A program made the translations under genes and the position numbers. A stretch of 64,000 nucleotides of DNA, taken from the NCBI GenBank assembly GCA_965655095.1, contig OZ296648.1, positions 79,980,001 to 80,044,000 on the forward strand, read 5' to 3'. Source of the DNA: Haplodiscus bocki (taxonomy: Eukaryota). Below are positions 11,591 through 23,581 of this stretch, in pieces. Position 1 is the stretch's first letter; every line of letters starts with the position of its first letter. The notes beneath the pieces were generated by a model. The model had not been told where the DNA came from, ran no database searches, and was given only the letters and a program-made list of their open reading frames with translations.

Positions 11591-12229
11591 AATCAGTATG
11601 TGTAGTAAGTGGTTCAAATTTCACAAACGGTAGTCTTCGTCGTCGTTCACTTTGATCCATTTTGATGCAGTTTCTCGAAGTCTCTTGTTTTTCTCAGAAC
11701 ACCGCGAGAAGCATGGCAACAGAGCATAGATAAGATTGTGCTTCTGTAATAAAAATTTAACTTCAGGAGCCAAGAGAGGTATGGCTAGAAATTTCTTTTA
11801 AGAGCAAAGAAAGCCTACTAGCAATTCTTCAATCGTGGAACGAATTGAATTAAAATTAGTGTAAAAAACATACATCATCATAAAAAATACAACAATTCAA
11901 GCGAAATATTGAAAACTTTGATTCATGTATATTCATAACACTCTATTAAATCTTGTCAAAAAAGAATTGTAAATGAAAAGGCAGGTTGGTGATTCCATTT
12001 AGAAGTGAAAATCAAAACCGGTGACGATGAATCAAGTTACGGGATCACTCACCTGGGCTACTGAATATTCTCACTTAAATCCACAAAATAGATATTTACC
12101 CAACCAACTATGCAAGGGAGAAAAGTTTCCCGTCTTCGAAGGATTCCAAGGTTGTATGTATTTTTGCGACTTCAAGCGACCTATTTTACATTAACAGAAC
12201 CTTCTGTCCTCAGCAATTGGGCCGATCGA

Positions 12230-14700
12230 ACGTTGAACTATGTACTCGTGTTTCGTTTTTGTCTGCCGACTTCCCCGCAAAAAGAGAACAAGACTCGAGA
12301 GCAAAGCTTAATTGAGTTCTAATACAAGCTATTACAAAAGCGTAAGAGTTGTAATTCTTGCCGCTGATGCTTGCGGCCAGACGCCTCATAATTTTCCTAG
12401 CACTTGGACCGGCTCCTCCAGTGCTGGCGAACACTACGAGATTGAAGCTATCTTACCTATTCGAGGTTCAAATCTGAGCCTTTACCTGTTTTCATGGATT
12501 ACGCAGGATTCCGGTATGGAAGTCGCGCAAGTTTTTGCGAATGGACCAAATATTTTGCCATCGAAAAAAACTTGGCACTGAATCTACTATCCTAAAGACT
12601 GCGTTGATGTCTAATCGAACGTCATCTTCATTTGTTGCTGTTTTGTTTGAAGGATTCATCTTGTTACAACTAAGGCTCCGCTCGAGCTCAACGGCAAAAA
12701 AGCGTCGCTCATAAGTTGAACGAACATATCTCTGAGCCCATTGTCAGCGTATTTTCAGGTATTAGGATCTTCAAACCACTTTTACTAATCGGGAGAAAAC
12801 TCCGCAGAAATTTTCATGGAAACTTCCATTGTCTAGCAAATTCGGTAGGAGTTCATTCATGACAATTTTATCGGCCGCATTTAGTAAGCAAGTACAAACC
12901 GTCGTTTCGCCGTGAAATTAGTGTTAATTTATGTTGCACATAAATTGTTAGTCTTTTTTAACCCACTTTGGAGCAGATCTTCGCATGTTCAGCCAAACTT
13001 CCAAGTTTGGCTTGTTGACTAACTTGATTAGCTAAGAACTATGGTTGAGCTTCGTGTGCGCAAAGAACGGCGCCTAAAACTCTACGTCCTCAATCTCGAC
13101 TTTAGCGTCATGAAACATCTCGGCAGCAATTTTTAAAAATGCGGTTTGATTATCAGATGACGTTTGGTGAAAAGGGAGTCGAACACAGGGCCAAGCCTTT
13201 TCAGTAGTTGTAATGGAATCTAGCTTACCACTGCGTTGCCATCACCAGCTTACCATTTGTGAGTGATGTTGCTTTCTAAACTTTTTGATCACAAGAAGTA
13301 TTGCTATGCCGTACATTACCACTGAGAGGGGATTGTCTTGGGTAATTTCTTCCTGTGATTAAAGGATTTTCTTCCCGGTGAACAAATTAAAAGATTTCAG
13401 ATAGGAATTCAGAAGGGCTGCATAGATCGATGGGCACAGGACTCAGATGTCTTCCAAACCAAATGAACGTTTTGAGAGAAATGAATGCATTTTCCGCCTT
13501 GTTTTGCAAAATCGTTTCGGTTTCATTTCGCCGGAATTCAGTCATGAGCATGCTAATTTAATGCTCAATGTCCCCTTCTTGGCTAAGGTACAAATGTGAA
13601 AATGCACCCAAATGTTTGAGGTGTACAGCGATACAGCTAACGATTTTCCTGCTGATAATTCTCCGTAAAACGTTGCCAACGCAAAATGGCCTGACTTCGG
13701 GGTTCTTGTTCACGGTGATCAATCTGCAGGCACTGTATGCATACAGGCCATCCCATCGTTCGATTTCCTCTTCGATTGCGAAATTCAATATATGTTTACA
13801 CCGATTGACCGAGTCATCATCGAAAGTTGACAAGAATCGCCGCCATTCACTAATATTCAGACCTGAGGGTCCAGTGCTACCATGTGTTCTCATTGCATTT
13901 TTTTTTGATGGACGCCGCATTTAATTTACCAAAGTTTGAGTGGCAAAAGACGAAAGCGTTTGGGTTATTTGACTGAACAAAGTACTCGAGGTCGGCAGCT
14001 TTTGCATGTTTCTCTTTTAGAATGGACTTCCACATCTCCAACGCTTTCCTTCGACTTCAGAAGAATCCCTTTGCTTTCGTCTGATATACACTCGAACAGC
14101 ATTCTTTAAAATACTTGGGGCCTCATCTTTATGGAATTCTCGAAACAAGTCAAAATTACGCTTCCGTTTATATTCTACAAGTCTCTTTTGAACAGCTTTA
14201 GCTTCATTCATAAGGTTAGAAATCACATTTCCCCATGATTAAAGCCGGCGCTCTAGATTTTTTTGCGAATCAGTGAGTGGTGTTCTTTGTTCTCGAAAGA
14301 ATCAATTGTGACATGATCGTCCTTGCAGTCAACGCCAACTACAGATAGCGATCTTGAAAACATTTGAGAGGCTGAAGGAGAGCCTTCCAACAAACTCGCT
14401 GTCTGTTCTGTTCTCATTGATAATGAGCTGTAATTCAGCTTGTCCAATTGGTCGAGACTACTGTTTTTTCCAGAAGTTGCTCGGCTCGCGGGTAGATGCA
14501 GCTGTTTCTTGGCGGCTAATGCACGTCTTGCAGACGAAATTGTCGAGCCTGCCGACTTTAAACCGCTACATTTGATGAGCATCTTAGCTGCGCATTTACA
14601 GCACTGAAGTCTTCCGTCTTCCAGATTATTTTCTTCGTCTTGAACAGTTAAATTGATCTGGCACTGCATAGGGAGTAAGGCTTTTAAGTCGGCTCACAAA
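12230..14700 (-). mobile_element. Decayed CRE-clade (R2-group, restriction-like endonuclease) non-LTR retrotransposon
   Basis: ORF 13558..13920 has HGSTGPSGL...ACRLITVNKNPEVRPFCVGNVLRRIISR (RT 0-2). Downstream are ENAF.SL and ITQDNPLSVVMYGIA (degenerate QGDPL). C-terminal ORF 12210..12434 FASTGGAGPSARKIMRRLA...IRTQLSFAL matches the CRE RLE tail. N-terminal CxxC in ORF 14253..14669. Many stops and frameshifts. Confidence 0.85.
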
Positions 14701-14866
14701 AAGAGTCTATTGAAAATGTTGCAATAAAAGCAGAGAAATTCAGCAAACATCTCTTTACCAATAATGGTTAAATGAAAAGCATATCTGCTACATCATCATC
14801 TTCTGATGCAGTAACTGATATCAGGCGAAAAAAAGTTGCATTGAGAAAAAAAGGCGTCAATAAGTC

Positions 14867-15200
14867 TCAGCATTGTAGAGCTCCAAATTTTTGAATTGAC
14901 AAAAAACCATTGGAGGTGCAAAGGGTCTTGGGTAAAATTAGTTGGAGGGGATTGAATTTTAAAATGATTGATTGTTGTAAAGGCCCCCAGTTTCCAATGA
15001 GAGTTTGTGATTTCACCCGATGGTTGTTAAAACAAGCAACAGTAGTCACCACTGCCAGCCTTCAGTTTGGGGTATTCATGAACTAAGGTCTCCAATTCCC
15101 TGACAGATGTCCCTCGGCATGTATGAACATTTGATCCAACGCTTCTCCGGTCCAGGTATTTTGTTTGCCTTGTCCCCAATATCAAAATCACGGATCTGGG
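14867..15200 (-). pseudogene. SGNH/GDSL esterase-like LINE ORF1 remnant
   Basis: Translation VILILGTRQTKYLDRRSVGSNVHTCRGTSVRELETLVHEYPKLK, then (frameshift) VTTVACFNNHR...IILKFNP, resembles SGNH blocks I-III (LILGDS, RGA, AGxND) of CR1/L2 ORF1 esterases. Confidence 0.5.
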
Positions 15201-15339
15201 GTCAAGGTACTTCGGTGTGATTGTGGCTCATTTGCACCGGACTTCCTGAAATCCCTCGTAGACAAGGGCTTCCCAATTGGTAGATTGTCGGTTAACAGAA
15301 AATATGCAATGATTTATTAAACAGCGGATGCTATTTAAT

Positions 15340-16460
15340 AAGTTTATCACAACAATTAGGTTTTAATCGTACTGTTGTGATGGGTTCAGTCTAGTAAGTC
15401 AGCAATCCGAATACAGCAACATTATCTAATTTTCGAATTTGTACATGTGCGCAGGACCGTAAAAATTACAAATTTGCTTTTGAAAAGATGAACTGTCAAT
15501 TAAATGAATGTCCCAGCTCTCGAGTTGGGCAATGCACCCAGTCAATGCGCTGTTTGAGGCAATAAATTTCGTGCCATCTGCAAAAATATACAAAAAAAAG
15601 CATGAAAGGGAGCAAAAATTTCAGGAAAAGTCATTCATATATACAAGGAAAAGAACCAGTCCAGGCCTAGATTCTTGTGGGACGCCACTAGATACAGCCA
15701 AATTCATAGACATTTTCCCATCTACAGCGACATATTGCATGCGCTCCGTTAAACAGTCTACAGTGATTCTCGGAAGGTACCGATTTACACCCCTTCTAGA
15801 GAGTTTGCTGATCGAAAGATTTTCGCAGGTCAAGATAGAGTGCGTGGGTTGAAAACTTTTCATCTCGGCTGCCAAACAACTTGTTCAGACAAAGTAGCAA
15901 TTGTAAAACACCAGAACACATTTTTCGCAAGAAAACTGAGCGTTAGTCTATGGAGACTCCACCACAGTCTACAATTGCAAATAAATACACTTCTCATAGA
16001 TTTTACGCAAATTTGAAAATAAAGCCACCCGTCGGTAATTTTCTACATAATTCTTAGCTCCTTCTTTGTAGCTAGACCTGATTTCCGCAATTTTCTATTG
16101 GTGAGGATACTTTGTTTGTCTTGACTTCATAAATAATGTGGAGATTTACTAAGAACCTGGGCGCAATTTCGCAAAAATGTATAGGTATTTTTTTTCTGGT
16201 CTGGCAAATAGCGACATAAGTTTGAGTGAACCGGTACATTATCTGTTGAAGGGAGATTCTACAATTACAATGATTGAAAGTATAGATTAAATAAATCGGC
16301 TTTCTGTTTGCTTTTTCTGGCAACAATATATTCCCTGAATAACTGGTGATATCCTTGTCGCCTTCCTTACTTGATTCATAATTTCTGATTGAACGACATA
16401 ATCCAAAAGTTTTCCAATTCCAGAACAGGCCTTTGGTGCAGCTTTTCATACTCCCTCAGC
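15340..16460 (-). mobile_element. CR1/L2/Jockey-group LINE reverse-transcriptase fragment
   Basis: Motifs in order on the minus strand: KQKADLFNLYFQS; CEIAP; KEGAKNYVENYRRVALFSNLRKIYEK; RMQYVAVDG...VSSGVPQES.PGLVLFLVYMND (ORF 15621..15875); FADGTK. Confidence 0.85.
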
Positions 16461-17177
16461 AATTTAAACACTTTATTTTTTCTATTGGAGAGCAAGTCAG
16501 AGACAACGTGTATGACAAAGATTTCTGCTGCTTTGACTTGTTCGTGGACGTGATGTTGGGCGTTCCGGCAATAGAGGAGCTTTCACTCGGTGTTTTCTGA
16601 TCCGTAAAGACCACATAGCTGCGAGGTTGTAAGAGGTTTGTTCTTGTTGCTTTTCTGATCTGACAGGGAGTTGTTCAGAAGATCATGGTAGATAACAAGT
16701 CTTCTCCCAGATAATTTTTCAAATAATACTGAACAGCTTTTCGTGGGTTCACACCTCAATCAATGAAACTGATTCCGGGTATTGCTAGGATTCTTTTCCT
16801 TGGTCTTCTGTTGTCGCTTAGGAATGAATTAATGAATTCACAGTCAAAATAAAAACATTTGACAAGGGCGAGATTCTACAATTTCAGATTTACTTTATAC
16901 GTCTGTATCTAAAATCCCATACGGGGCTACCCAAACAGAAAATTAAGATTACAGGCAGAACACCATATATCATCTATTCGATAAGTTTATCAGTAAAGTA
17001 ATTTTTGATTTTGGAGTTTTCCATTTTCTAGCTAGATGTCTGAAAAAGGTGAAGGCATGTCCCTACAATATCGAATACCTTCGGCTTCGAGATGAAAAAA
17101 TGGCTACAACGTTTAATGATTGATGTGATAGTCTCGACATTTAATCCACGTTAATTTGCTACACGGATAATACTCAC

Positions 17178-17329
17178 TGATACTTGCTCTATCATTCACA
17201 GGGTGTTGATATAAAAGTTGTCGATGATCGTCACTCGCTCCTGGTCCACTCGTGTCACCCACAGTGCTACTGTTGATCTTCTTACACTGTGATGTCGTCA
17301 GTTTCGAGCTACCGTGATGGGGCTTGTCT
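17178..17329 (-). CDS. Exon of host gene (DKPHHGSSKLTTSQCKKINSSTVGDTSGPGASDDHRQLLYQHPVNDRASI)
   Basis: Acceptor ttttttatccAG, phase 2, matching the upstream exon (AT|A = Ile); consensus donor GTGAGT at 17177. Confidence 0.7.
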
Positions 17330-17791
17330 CTGGATAAAAAAACACAAAGCAACAATGAGGTTTATTACCATGACATTAGAAGTTGAATGTAACAGCATGA
17401 TTTGACGCTAGTGAACGAGAGCATCTGCAGCTAATAGTCTCCTCAGTGAGTTTTACTTCACATCAAAAAGAGCCGAAGTCAATTTCCCAAACCGCCAAAA
17501 AATGTTCGCAATAAGGAATCAAAGCTACAGCTAAAAAGTCGTCCGAGATATCCACTCAGTTCACTAGTTGCAAATGGATAGAACCTTGAGTCAAATGAAA
17601 GAAGTATATACATCCGACTTATAAAAATTATTATCAAGCTATCAAAACTATGAAGCATATCGCGCCCGTTTTTCGACATCTTTGGTACGTTTTAGACCGT
17701 TAGAAAAAATCAATAATGAAAATGCTTCGATTTCATAAGCGTTTTTTAGCTTCCGAAAAAGTCGTGTAATATTCGGTTTTAGAGAACTTAC

Positions 17792-18340
17792 ATAGCTGCA
17801 AGACGGGAGAATGCATTATTAGGCAAAGGTTCGTCTTCTTCATCGTCGTCTTCATTTTCTTCGTCATCCGATGACGCTTCTTCGTTGGAATTGTCACTAG
17901 ACGCCGAGTCACCGGATGAAGAACACATCCTCGTCTGGTGAAGGTGCGCCTGTGGTGCAAGGTGCGGGGGCAGGGTTACACCCCTGTTCGCACTGCCAGT
18001 AGGGGGCGTGCTTCTATAGCTAGAGACTACTACTGCGTTGGCGGCAATTGATTGGTGGTTGCTACTAAATTTATTGTTGTCTGAGAGGGACCCTAGTTTG
18101 GCGGCCATTCCCATCCCTGGCATGGGTACCGGCTTCACAGAGTAGGAGCCAGGCGGGGGTTCTCCAGGGCCGGAGGAAGATGATAGAACTGCTGAGTTGA
18201 GTAGCCTGGGCTGCACAGTGATAGGGTCTCGATTTATCCCGCTGATAGCTATGCTATTATTGTTGTTACTTGAAGAACAACTAGTGGTCTCTGAGAACTG
18301 CACAGGCGTTGAAAAACTGTTTGCCCTGTTTGCCAATGCA
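17792..18340 (-). CDS. 549-nt exon of host gene; Ser/Pro/Gly-rich with acidic tract (SSDDEENEDDDEEDE)
   Basis: Lies within ORF 17788..18384; acceptor ccttatAG, donor GTAAGT; phase 2/2 consistent with both neighbours; elevated GC. Confidence 0.85.
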
Positions 18341-18642
18341 CTATAAGGCCACAAAGAGCTAATAAACTGATGTTGGAAATACACGATTCTAGGAAATTTG
18401 AAAAATTCAAGAAATTTCTATTTTTCGAGATGTACATATTCGTCATTTTGTGCGATAAATCTATGATTTTCGAAACATTCGCAACGTGATGTGGAACACA
18501 TAATCAGCATGCAAGTTTGTGAAAGCTTGAGACTCCGCGATTCAATTGAAATTCAAGTTTTCCTGTGAAAATTAGTCCGCCAGAAACTAGAAAGATTTCA
18601 CATAATTAGAATGAGTGTTGAAAGTAAGCAAAAGGTTCTCAC

Positions 18643-18829
18643 CCAGCAAACTTTTCAGCCAGCTCCGCCTTCATTCTTTCGGTGGTTTTGTTAATTGTGT
18701 CATTATCCGACGGACTTCCCTTCGAGGCCGCTTGTCGCAATGAGTTGTTGCCACTTGCAGAAGCAGACTGGGTGAAATCGGGAGTGGTCGCCGCCGAACC
18801 TCCTCCAGGTTGGAACTCATTTGTGGATT
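18643..18829 (-). CDS. Exon of host gene (STNEFQPGGGSAATTPDF...ERMKAELAEKFAG)
   Basis: Acceptor tctgtttAG, donor GTGAG, 187 nt, phase 1/2. Confidence 0.8.
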
Positions 18830-18923
18830 CTAAACAGACCAAAAAAATTGGTATATAGTTTAAACACCGAAAAATTTCATTCAACTCATAATTTCAAAAA
18901 GTTGCAGGCTTGATTCTCTCTAC

Positions 18924-19013
18924 CTCGGCTATGGCTTCGTTCTTTGTCAGTAACTAAATTAGCTGCAAGCTCGTGGTCGTAAAAAGTCCTGACATCACGC
19001 AAAGCGGCGGGTT
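18924..19013 (-). CDS. Exon of host gene (PAALRDVRTFYDHELAANLVTDKERSHSRE)
   Basis: Acceptor gttttttAG, donor GAG|GTAGAG, 90 nt, phase 1/1; a 94-bp intron joins it in frame to the next exon. Confidence 0.75.
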
Positions 19014-19570
19014 CTAAAAAACTTCCAAGAAACCAGACCATAAATGGTCAGACAGAAGATAACTTAGGTCGATAAGGTCAGTTATAAGGGTGCATTCCAT
19101 ACGACGACTATATTATTGTTATTTCTTACGGTTTGCATGTATACGATGGCCCAGAAGTACTTTTCAGATACATTTCCTCTAAGACAAAATTTACTTGACT
19201 ACTCAGGCAAATTATCAGAATTCGTAATCAACAAGGCTTTTAAGGTAAGAAAAATGTCTCCTACGAGCCAAAATTCGCCAAAACATTAATATAGTCAGAT
19301 CAGACAGTACTTGAAGGAAGAATATAAAAAAAAACAAACTTTCGGAACTCGGAAGGCGAGAAAAAATCAAACTCTTAATTTACGGATAACTCTCGTACAA
19401 AAGATCAGTGAAATTTGTATCATTGATACCTGTTGAAACGTTTCAATATTTGAAAATGGAAAAATGACGCTTTTCTGCTCTTGTTCAAGCATTCAATAGC
19501 ATTTAGCAAAAGGTCTCAATTGTTGGCATTTTGAAGTTTTTCTTGCCGAACAAATTTTGAGAACATTGTC

Positions 19571-20540
19571 ATGACGCACAGAGAGAACATGACAGCGTGA
19601 AGAACAGTTCGTACGTAGCCTACGACTGCTTGTTTGATTTGAAAAAATACGAAATCTTTCAACGCCGCTACCGAAAATGGACCTAGGTGATAAAACAAAA
19701 AGCATTGACGATTCAGAAAATGCTTCAATTTTACTGAAATTGCACGCATTATTAATGTAATAAAACTATCAAATTACGGATTTGCAAAACACAATTACCG
19801 ATTTGGAACGTAGAATTACAGAACAAGAGATCTATTCATCGAAAGATTCAATTACCATTGAAAACTCAGCAACTAAAGACGGTATTGTATCAATCTCCAA
19901 ACAAGTTTTTTTCAACGATTTCTAGGATACAAAATATTTCCGGGCAGATTCAAGGCTTGTCATTATCTGGGGAAAGGAAAAAAGACAAAACCAGCGCCTG
20001 TTATTGTGAAGTTCATCTATTTCGAAGAGAAGAATGAGATACATGGTCGCAAATTATGGCTTGCGAAACATATAAATCCAAACGAGGGCCGAAAAATTTA
20101 TTTACGAGAACCCCTTCATCCACATAGAAAAGGGATCTTGGACCATGCATTGGAACACAATTTGATTACTGCAACCAATAATTGCAGTGAATTTTTTCTT
20201 TTTGCAAAAATCAAGCTGGAAAGTTCAACAGCGTCGCTGTAAACTCGAAAAAAGCAGTTGATATTGAAAATAAAGCTGTGAGAGAAAAGCTGAGGAATTC
20301 AAACGTTTTTACTGGGTCAGCCAATAAAACACGTGACACAAGGAAACACTTGAGACGGAGAATTTCCAGCGTTCCTAAAGCGAATCAGGGGATCGCCAGG
20401 CGAAGAGGGACTACAAGTTTTCAAAAGTATCTTTTTGGATTCCAATACTGACAAAGAAACCAATTCGACTGAAGAACCAAACAATGAAGCATCAAGAGAT
20501 GATTACATGGAACTGAGTCATAAACCTAGGGGACAAAAAT
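19571..20540 (+). pseudogene. LINE ORF1 (coiled coil + RRM-like), frameshifted
   Basis: DLERRITEQEIYSSKDSITIEN...FKACHYLG...PAPVIVKFIYFEEKNEI...KIYLRE.L. Confidence 0.75.
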
Positions 20541-20685
20541 AAAAAGTAAGAAACATGATAAACCTAAAACAAACGTGTAACGTAGGTGCCTTTAACGCAT
20601 ATTACAAAAATCTTGACTGCTAAACGAGGTAACGGTTGCTCTTTAGCGCCCCAGGAACTCAAAACCTTTTAGTTTTACGATACTG

Positions 20686-23490
20686 ATGGTTGAGAACCAA
20701 TTACAAGGGTATGAAATTAGTGACGTCGAAAATCAAATGTCCCTTTTAGGTCTTAAGATAAGGTCACTTTCCTTTCATTTTGATGGACTCCTACTTACAT
20801 TGAACGACTTTCAAACACAACCAAACGCGATATTGTTAACTGAAACTTGGTTGACCAAGGAAGATGACTTGGAACAACTTAAAATTGATGGATATCAAGC
20901 CGTGGAATGAATCACGTGAGAACCTTCGCGAAAAAGATGTGGCATTCGTTTCCATTTCAGAAATGGTACTTTCTATGAAGCTATGAAATTCCAAAGTAAG
21001 ATAGAATGCGCGATAATTAACACTAGATTTGATGACGAAAATATAGGGAACATTTGCGTTATATATAAAAGGCAATCCAAAAAAGGCATTTTTTTCTTTG
21101 AGAAATTTCAGAAAGTTCTCCTGAGATCATTGAAAGACGATTCCATTTTGTTTGGTGACTATAACATAGACATATTGGAAACGCATATAGATAGCACGAA
21201 GTATGAGAATTTGTCAGAATCCTACAATTTCAAAATTTCTTAACTACCAGAGTGACGACGAAATCAAAAACATGCATAGACCATGTGACCACTAGTTTCT
21301 CAATAGAAACCCGAACTATACCATTGACTAATTCAAATCACTACGCGGTCGAACCTATTATACCACTTCTACCATGCCTAACGAAAAACGATTGTTCATA
21401 CTGTCCAAAATGGAGGAATCCTGAATAAACGAAAAGGCAAAAATTCGTTGCGTTTCTTATTTCTACTGAATCACTATCTAGGTCTTAAACCGCAATTTTC
21501 ATCTATCGAGGAAGATACTACCTAGGTATTGGGAATAAAAAAATGTGTTGAGAAAAATGCACCTGAAGAATACATAAAATCAAACAAAGTAGAGAATACC
21601 TCGTGAAATAACTGAAAAACCTTTTGACGAAAAGAAAACCATTTCAAAAACTAACCGAAAAGCCAACTGAAGAAACGAGCAAGCAATATGAAAAAATTTG
21701 AAATTGAGTAAAAAAAAAATTAGAAATGCTAAAAGCGAACAAAACTTCAAATTACTGGGTGATAATCCATGAGCTAAAAAATGAACCATAAACTGAAGAT
21801 GCAACGTGCTAAAAGTCAACCAAGTTTCAAAACTCCGGATGTTAACACATTAAATGAATACTTCACAAACATTCGACCAGCTGTAGCCAAAAAATTTGAT
21901 GACCAACAACAAAGAATCCTTCACATTCAACGCCGTTCAAAAATGATGGCCATGTTCCGAGCAACTATTGATGAAGCTCGAAAAATCATTAGCAACTTAA
22001 AAACAAAAGGATCACTACTCATGATGGAATAAGCAGTGAGATAATTAAATGCTGCTCACCGGTAATTGAACCATACTAGGTCGAACTCTTCAACAAATGT
22101 CTCAATGGGTAAAAGTTTCCAGACGAAATGAAAATTGCAAAAGTAGTTCCCTTCTTCAAAAACAGTCATAAGCTCCAACCTGAAAATTACAGACCTATCA
22201 GCCCTCTAAGCAACATCAGCAAACTTTTCGAATCAATTATATGCAAACGAATCACAAAATTTCCTTCACAAAGTGACCTCTTCGGAAAACCAAAAAGCTT
22301 TTCGAAAAAATCGATCTTGCATTAACGCTATCATTGACGATACAGAATACATACGAGAACAAAAAGCAAAAATTGTACAGGACACCTTTGTTTCCTTGAT
22401 TTTGAAAAAGCATTCGATATAATCGACCACAAAATTTCTTTCATGTAAGCTAGAAAGATATGGTTTCAGGGGAAAGATACTTTCACCTATTGAAGATTAC
22501 TTAGAAAACCGGACGTAATGCCACTCTCAACGGAAAAACTTCATCCATGAAACAAATTACCACAGGCGTTCCACAAAGCTCAGTAGTGGGCCCATTATTA
22601 CTTCTAATATACATCAATGATCTGCCAAACGCTTGCGAGAGTGAAAAATCGACACTGTTTGATGATGATACATCCTTGTATAAGATGGAGAAAAAATCAA
22701 CGCATAAAATGAAGGTCGATATAGAAAATGTCGAGAAGTGGCTGAAACAAAACACACTCACACTACATAATGAGAAATGTGTGTCATTATGCATAGGAAA
22801 AACAAAACCTATTTGAAATAGTATTTTCCAAAACGAAAATATGAACAAACCTTCCTTCATATATCTAGGAGTTTACATAGACAAAAATCTCGATTTCAAA
22901 CACCACATTCCATATGTATCAAAGAAACAACAAGTTTTGTGGATTGATATACAAAGTGCGACAAATCTATCCTCGGGAATGTTTAATGATGATCTATAAT
23001 GCTTACGCAAAATCAATCATGGAATACGGAATTCTTAGCTACGGTGCAGTTATCAAGACAAATTTAGTAAAAATGTTTGGCAAAGAAGAATAATGAAAGC
23101 AATTTTTCAAAAGATAGATAGATTCCCTGATGTCTACATATAGTGAATTCCAGTTCTAACAGTAAATGAAACATACATATCGGAACTTTGTCATGAAGTA
23201 TTCAGGCAGATGGCATGGAAAAACGAAACCATTCTGGACCGGAATGAGGATCCAAATACATAAGTTACGCGCAAAAAAATTAAGAAGCTACTTCTTTCCT
23301 TGTATAAAAGAACGGAAAGGAAACAAAAAACGAACTAATAGTGGTCTACAACTGGCTCAAAACACTGAATTTAATACCCGATAATATTGACAGTGTCACG
23401 AAAAATGAGCTGAAAGCTAGTATGGAAAGTATCAGTCATCTTTACATTGTCGACAGCAAAGATCTATATGAAATGTTTTACCAAATAGTC
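20686..23490 (+). pseudogene. LINE ORF2 (apurinic-type endonuclease + reverse transcriptase), multiple stops/frameshifts
   Basis: APE: IRSL, ILLTETWL, ICVIY, FGDYNID, TRVTTKSKTCIDHV. RT: KIAKVVPFFK...NYRPISPLSNISKLFE, FLDFEKAFDIIDH, GVPQSSVVGPLLLLIYINDLP, LFDDDT, YLGVYID. Confidence 0.92.
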
Positions 23491-23567
23491 TTTTTAAGAG
23501 CGTGCTCTAAGACAGTCACTGGTTTGCCTATCTCTCTGAATTTTGGTTCTCAAGGTCACAATTCAAC

Positions 23568-23581
23568 GAGCTGAACAGCTC
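23568..23581 (+). other. 3' UTR stem-loop of the LINE (putative RT recognition hairpin)
   Basis: GAGCTG-AA-CAGCTC ~75 nt upstream of AATAAA; CR1/L2 elements carry a 3' hairpin in this position. Confidence 0.5.

Noticed and set aside
12053-12060. 8-nt minus-strand micro-exon next to a CAG|GTGAGT donor
   Set aside because: Weak acceptor, and it would shift phase relative to the identified downstream exons.
13568-13924. 118-aa plus-strand ORF
   Set aside because: Antisense shadow of the CRE reverse-transcriptase frame.
16470-16860. Gypsy integrase C-terminal fragment (QPRSYVV motif)
   Set aside because: Single short motif only; no LTR, PBS/PPT or other pol motifs.
17788-18384. 198-aa ORF as a standalone single-exon gene
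   Set aside because: Its ends coincide with splice sites (the stop lies in the donor GTAAG); better explained as an internal exon.
19130-19178. 49-nt minus-strand segment with good AG/GTAAG sites as the next upstream coding exon
   Set aside because: The only frame that joins exon 18924-19013 in phase contains a stop; it could be UTR or need an unseen exon.
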